From Macrostomum lignano (lineage: Eukaryota): 64,000 nucleotides of DNA. The notes under the pieces are model-generated. The model saw only the letters and a program-made list of their open reading frames with translations, ran no database searches and was not told the DNA's origin. The stretch lies in assembly GCA_002269645.1 (NCBI GenBank), contig NIVC01001760.1, positions 5,277-69,276 of the forward strand. Reading direction: 5' to 3'. This document shows positions 58,471 through 64,000 of the stretch, in pieces (position 1 is the first letter of the stretch; every line of letters starts with the position of its first letter). Position numbers and translations under genes: made by a program.

Positions 58471-59637
58471 TCCTCCACCACAGAAGCTTAAACAAAAAGC
58501 CAAAAAGGCCTCAGAAGACAAAAAGCAAGCCGGTACCAGCAAGACAGAGTCAGTCAGTCCCGTATATATCAGGTGAACTAGCTTGCAGTGAAACAAAGCA
58601 AATTACTGTGCAATGGAGGGGGAGGGGAGGCATTGACTGGCAAACGCATGATTGAACTTGAAACCGCGGCAGACAAAAATTGCGTCACACACACAGCGCA
58701 ACACAATTGGGCCCAATCTATTTGAAGTTTTCAACCCCCAAAGACCAGAATAAAGGTTGAATAGGAGCTGAAATTGCCCAGAGGGCGAATTGCTAAAAAG
58801 CTATAAGCCAGCAGATACAGTTGCATTGAAACACACAATCCAGTACAGTTGCCAGCCCAGCAAGTGTTCGCGCCGCTCTCTCATTTCTCGGGTGTCAGCC
58901 TGCGAACCTCTTAGAGCGTGCAAAACCTGCCACCCTCCCCTCAGGCACAGGGGGATGCCCACCTGCACACACACACACACACCTGTAAGGCAGGCCATCA
59001 GGGCTCCATGGCTGCGGACTGACAGGACAGAGAAAAGCATAATTTTAGCTTTATGATGAGGCGCCGCCTGTCAAAAAGTCATTTATTATTTTTTTATTCT
59101 GAGCAGCCAGTTAGCTAGCAGGTGGAGAGTCTCTTAATTGGATAGAAATATTGATAATTAATTAACTTCCCAAGTTGTCATTGCTTATTTTATAATTCAC
59201 CATTATAAAGCATATCAGATAGCAAACAATGGAGACAATTATATTTCTTATTTATTTAACCCGATCATTTTTGTTTTAATAAGCCACGCTAATTGTTGTT
59301 TTTTAAATATTATCTAAACATATCGGTAGGGTCGATTCATTCTAAAGTCGTATTTTTGGGTAGAAAAAATCCAAAAAACCTGCAGTATAAAAAATCAATT
59401 TGCGATTTGATACAGACATTAGGAAAGCAAACTGAACTGTCAGTAATATACAATACTTATAATAATAAGTATTTAGCCAATAGGTAATAACACATATTTA
59501 CATGACTATAGCACTGATTATACAGTAACAAATATAACATATCGCGCTAACAGGTTTACCGTGTGTGTGCATGTTATGATTCGGGGGAAAAGCAGACTGA
59601 TTGCTAGGCTGGGCTGACACAGGCAATAAAGCAATAA

Positions 59638-60250
59638 TAAGGTCGGCAAAGCTGTGGCCCTCGGGTCCTTTGAAACTTCACAAATAGCGATCTGGCCAGA
59701 TAAAGGCTTGTGTCTCTTCTCGGCTCTCTTCTCACCTTTTATCAACTTATCTATCCTTGCAGCTCCTCTCTCCTCTCATCTTCTCTTACCCTTTTCACCC
59801 CTCTCATCCTCTCATCTCACTGCTTATCTATTCTCTAATCTGATCTCCCCTCTCTCATCTCTGAACTCATCTATTCTCTAATCTCATCTCTCCCTGTCTC
59901 ATCTTCCAACTTATATATTCTCTAATATCCACATTACTCCTCTCTCACAGCTCATCTATTCTCTAAGCTCTTCTCTCCTCTCTCATCTCACAGCTCATCT
60001 ATTCTCTAAGCTCTTCTCTCCTCTCTTATCTCACAGCTCATCTATTCTCTAAGCTCTTCTCTCCTCTCTCATCTCACAGCTCATCTATTCTCTAAGCTCT
60101 TCTCTCCTCTCTCATCTCACAGCTCATCTATTCTCTAAGTTCTTCTCTCCTCTCTCATCTCACAGCTCATCTATTCTCTAATCTCATCTCTCCCTCTCTC
60201 ATTTCCTCCTCTCATCTGACCAGCAGCCATGCTCTAGATTGTTCATCCCG
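59638..60250 (-). mobile_element. Degenerate hAT-like MITE copy with expanded CT-rich interior (includes a ~43-bp tandem repeat at 59930-60200)
   Basis: GGTCGGCAAAGCTGTGGCCCTCGGGTCCTTTGAAACTTCAC..TTGTGTCTCTTCTC matches 4591-4710; far end CAGCAGCCATGCTCTAGATT resembles 4845-4865. Confidence 0.55.
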
Positions 60251-60825
60251 AGGTTACCAAAGCATGCCGACCCCAACTAGAATGCACAAAGATGCAAAAA
60301 AACTCGGAAGATCGGAAACTGTTGATTATAACTATTATAGCCAGTGGTATCCGCTGACAAGATTTCATATAATCGCGGGAACAAACTGCATTTTGCACTA
60401 CTTAAACTAAGAACAGCCCAAGTAGTATAATAAGAAAATTAGCACAAGCATATTAGCAAAAGTTAAAATACGAGAACTAACTCGGCGGCTAGGCTAAAAT
60501 AGAAACCAGCATGTAAAAATTCAAATCACAATAAGCAGCAGGAAGGACCCTTAAAATTCTAATTTTTAGGCATTGTACAACATTTTGCCAGCTAGCTTAC
60601 AGAAAACTATGTATAACAGAATTTACTGACAAAAATCGAAGCGGTCCAATCAATAAAATCCGACAGACTAATAAAGTGAATGAACTGCGATGCGGCTTAT
60701 GAGAAGAATGAGCGGATGAAAAGTACAAATGACTAAATCCTGGCATGCACTGCAGGATCATAGATTGTGTGAGGCCGGGTGCGTTTAGCTGGCATTGCGC
60801 GAACACAGGGTAGCTATTGGCGAGG

Positions 60826-61444
60826 GACAGACAGACAGACAGACAGAAAGACTTAAGACAGAGACAGACAGACAGAAAGACAGACAGACAGCCAGACAGA
60901 CAGACAGACAGACACTAAGACAGACAGACACTATGACAGACAGACACTAAGACACTAAGACAGACAGACACTAAGACACTAAGACAGACAGATACTAAGA
61001 CAGACAGACACTATGACAGACAGACACTAAGACACTAAGACACTAAGACAGACAGACACTAAGACACTAAGACAGACAGATACTAAGACAGACAGACACT
61101 ATGACAGACAGACACTGAGACAGACAGACACTAAGACAGACAGACACTAAGACACTAAGACAGACAGACACTATGACAGACAGACACTAAGACACTAAGA
61201 CAGACAGACACTAAGACACTAAGACAGACAGACACTAAGACACTAAGACAGACAGACAGACAGACACTAAGACAGACAGACACTATGACAGACAGACACT
61301 AAGACACTAAGACAGACAGACACTATGACAGACAGACACTAAGACAGACAGACACTATGACAGACAGACACTAAGACACTAAGACAGACAGGCAGACAAA
61401 CAGAAAGACAGACAGACAGACAAACACTAAGACAGACAGACAGG

Positions 61445-61479
<35 letters not shown>

Positions 61480-61525
61480 AAAGACAGACAGACAGACACT
61501 AAGACAGACAGACAGACAGACAAAC
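60826..61525. repeat. (GACA)n / CTAAGACA compound microsatellite
   Basis: Tetranucleotide-based repeats. Confidence 0.93.
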
Positions 61526-62044
61526 AACCAATATGCACACTTTAAGTGCCATAAATACAGAGAACTCAACCAGAACATGCTGTAGAATATTGCAAAGCGT
61601 ATATTCAATATATGAATATGAGCATACCGTTAAAACAAAAATCAAGACCCAGTCACGAGTGCGATGCGCAAATATTATTGAAAACTGCGTTGAAAAACTA
61701 ATACAAAAATATTATACACGTAGGCAAGGCAAAAAAGTTACATGTAAAAGATACAACTGAAGGTCAATGTGGACTGTTAGTTTATAAAAAATCCATGAAA
61801 TTTTCAACATGTCAAACACAAATTTTCAATCAGAACAGTTTTTACGCCGAAATTGACATGGCTAAGACAAGAGCTGACGACCAATTGTTTGGCTTGATTT
61901 TATAAGCGAATAACAGCGGGCATATCAAAGCAAAGGGAAATCGTCATACATTTACTTATAGTACTTATAGTACTTATAGTAGCATTGACAGTAATTAGTG
62001 TAATTTTCAAAAATTTGAAAACTTTAACTGATGTTTAGGGGAAA

Positions 62045-62735
62045 TTGAGGTCATTAGCATCGGGAATTCGGGTCATTAGTATCGGGGAATTGGGGTCATT
62101 ACTATCGGGGAATTCGGGTCATTACCATCGGGGAATCGGGGTCATTACTATCGGGGAATTCGGGTCATTACCATCGGGGAATTCGGGTCATTGCCATCGG
62201 GGAATTGGGGTCATTACTATCGGGGAATTCGGGTCATTACCATCGGGGAATTCGGGTCATTACCATCGGGGAATTGGGGTCATTACTATCGGGGAATTCG
62301 GGTCATTACCATCGGGGAATTGGGTCATTACTATCGGGAATTGGGGTCATTACTATCGGGGAATTCGGGTCATTACCATCGGGGAATTGGGGTCATTACT
62401 ATCGGGGAATTCGGGTTATTACCATCGGGGAATTGGGGTCATTAGCATCGGGAATTCGGGTCATTACCATCGGGGTCATTAATAGCGGGAAAGTGGGGTC
62501 ATTACTATCGGGGAATTCGGGTCATTACTAGCGGGGAATTGGGGTAATTACTATCGGGGAATTCGGGTCATTACCATCGGGGAATTTCGGGTCATTACTA
62601 TCGGGGAATTGGGGTCATTACTATCGGGGAATTCGGGTCATTACCATCGGGGAATTGGGGTCATTAGCATCGGGGTCATTAATAGCGGGAAATTGGGGTC
62701 ATTACTATCGGGGAATTCGGGTCATTACTATCGAT
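62045..62735. repeat. 23-bp minisatellite (GGGGAATTCGGGTCATTACCATC)n
   Basis: About 30 variant units. Confidence 0.94.
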
Positions 62736-62991
62736 GAATTCGGGTCATAAATATGGGGGAATTGTGGTTATTATTCGGATAATCTCTATAAGTAAATTGG
62801 GGCCATTGTTGCATGCCAAACATGGGTTCAATATAAAAATCAAATCCATGGATTTCGAATCTACCCAGCGACCTGTCCTGTGTACATCCACGCACGCATA
62901 AAAATCATCCCATTGATCAAGAGATTCCTCAAAGCTATTTTCAAATCTAATAGCGATTAGTTTCAGAACTCATGCTCACAATATCCTTGGC

Positions 62992-63265
62992 CTACACGGC
63001 TGCAGCAGCCTCCTGCATCTGGTGTCTGCCCTGCTTTCTCTGGTTGAACTTCTTCGACTGCTTGGCGTGCTCCTGCTCGAAGTCTTTAGTCGACAGTTCG
63101 AGTAGGAGAGCGGCCGGCAGCAGGCTGGAGGCTTCAGTCACCGAGGCGGGCAGGTTGCGCAGGCAGTCCAGCGTGTCTCGAATGACTTCAGATGCCGGCG
63201 CTGCTGAGAAGAGCCGAGTATGCCGTTGAGCAGGGCTATCGCTACTCGGAAGATGATCTTGACGC
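62992..63265 (-). CDS. TBC1D10: Last coding exon of a TBC1D10 (EPI64)-like Rab-GAP, with one apparent 1-nt deletion near 63177
   Basis: Acceptor CCCGCAG| then (G)VKIIFRVAIALLNGILGS...[shift]TLDCLRNLP...KDFEQEHAKQ, which parallels TBC1D10 GVKIIFRVGLVLLKHALGS...ETIERLRSL...QIEREHLIQ; TAG at 62994-62992; upstream exons lie beyond the window. Confidence 0.7.
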
Positions 63266-63339
63266 CTGCGGGTGTTTGTATCAAGGTGGCATGAGCTTGC
63301 CGCTTGATGAAGCTGTGGGATCTTGGGATTCCTATTGGG

Positions 63340-64000
63340 ATTTCTAGTATTGTGATATTGGGATTCCTAGCATTGGGATATTGGGATCCAAGCATTGGGA
63401 TATTGTGATCCAAAATTTGGGATATTGGGTTTCAAGTATTGGGGTATTGGGATATTGGGTTCAAGCATTGGAATATTGGGATTCAAGTATTGGGGTATTG
63501 GGATATTGGGGTTCAAGCATTGGAATATTGGATTTAAGCATTGGGGTATTGGGAAATAGGGATCCAAGCATTGGGGTATTGGGATATTGGGATTCAAGCA
63601 TTGGAATATCGGGATTCAAGTATTGGGGTATTGGGGTATTGGAATATTGGGATTCAAGTATTGTGGGTATTGGGATATTGGGGTTCAAGTATTGGGGTAT
63701 TGGGATATTGGGGTTCAAGCATTGGAATATTGGGATTCAAGCATTGGGGTATTGGGGAAATAGGGATTCAAGCATTGGGTATTGGGATATTGGGATTCAA
63801 GCATTGGAATATTGGGATTCAAGTATTGGGGTATTGGGATATGGGGTTTCAAGCATTGGAATATTGGGATTCAAGTATTGGGTATTGGGATATTGGGATC
63901 CAAGCATTGGGTATTGGACATTGGGATTCAAGCATTGGAATATTGGATTCAAGTATTGGGTATTGGGATATTGGGGTTCAAGCATTGGAATATTCGGATT
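63340..64000. repeat. TATTGGGA/TTCAAG-based minisatellite (intronic)
   Basis: Degenerate tandem units running to the window end. Confidence 0.92.

Overview
Eukaryotic (metazoan invertebrate) genomic DNA, very rich in mini- and microsatellites. The style resembles a free-living flatworm such as Macrostomum, but this is an inference only. The left half holds a spliced PRDM1/Blimp-1 gene on + (exons ~7510-7911, 14491-14845, 24045-25729: PR/SET domain plus five C2H2 fingers). A degraded second copy of the last exon's 5' part lies at 15689-~16790. The far right holds the last exon of a TBC1D10-like RabGAP on -. Two divergent Ty3/Gypsy LTR retrotransposons are present. E1 (~16790-23688, - strand, 3' LTR missing) sits in the PRDM1 intron. 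E2 (47079-55733, + strand) is complete, has near-identical LTRs and a 4-bp TSD, and is inserted into an 18-bp minisatellite. Main discovery: both elements carry a third ORF after pol, where env would normally be, that is not env. It encodes an N-terminal DnaJ/Hsp40 J-domain and a ~100-aa helical domain that aligns between the two elements and that I do not recognise. In E2 the J-domain has an intact HPD and is followed by an acidic linker and an HP1-type chromodomain; in E1 the J-like domain lacks HPD. In both, ORF3 has a splice acceptor at its ATG and a splice donor in the LTR U5, suggesting an env-like subgenomic mRNA. Several ORFs are broken by apparent single-base deletions, mostly restorable by one extra G, which look like long-read consensus errors.
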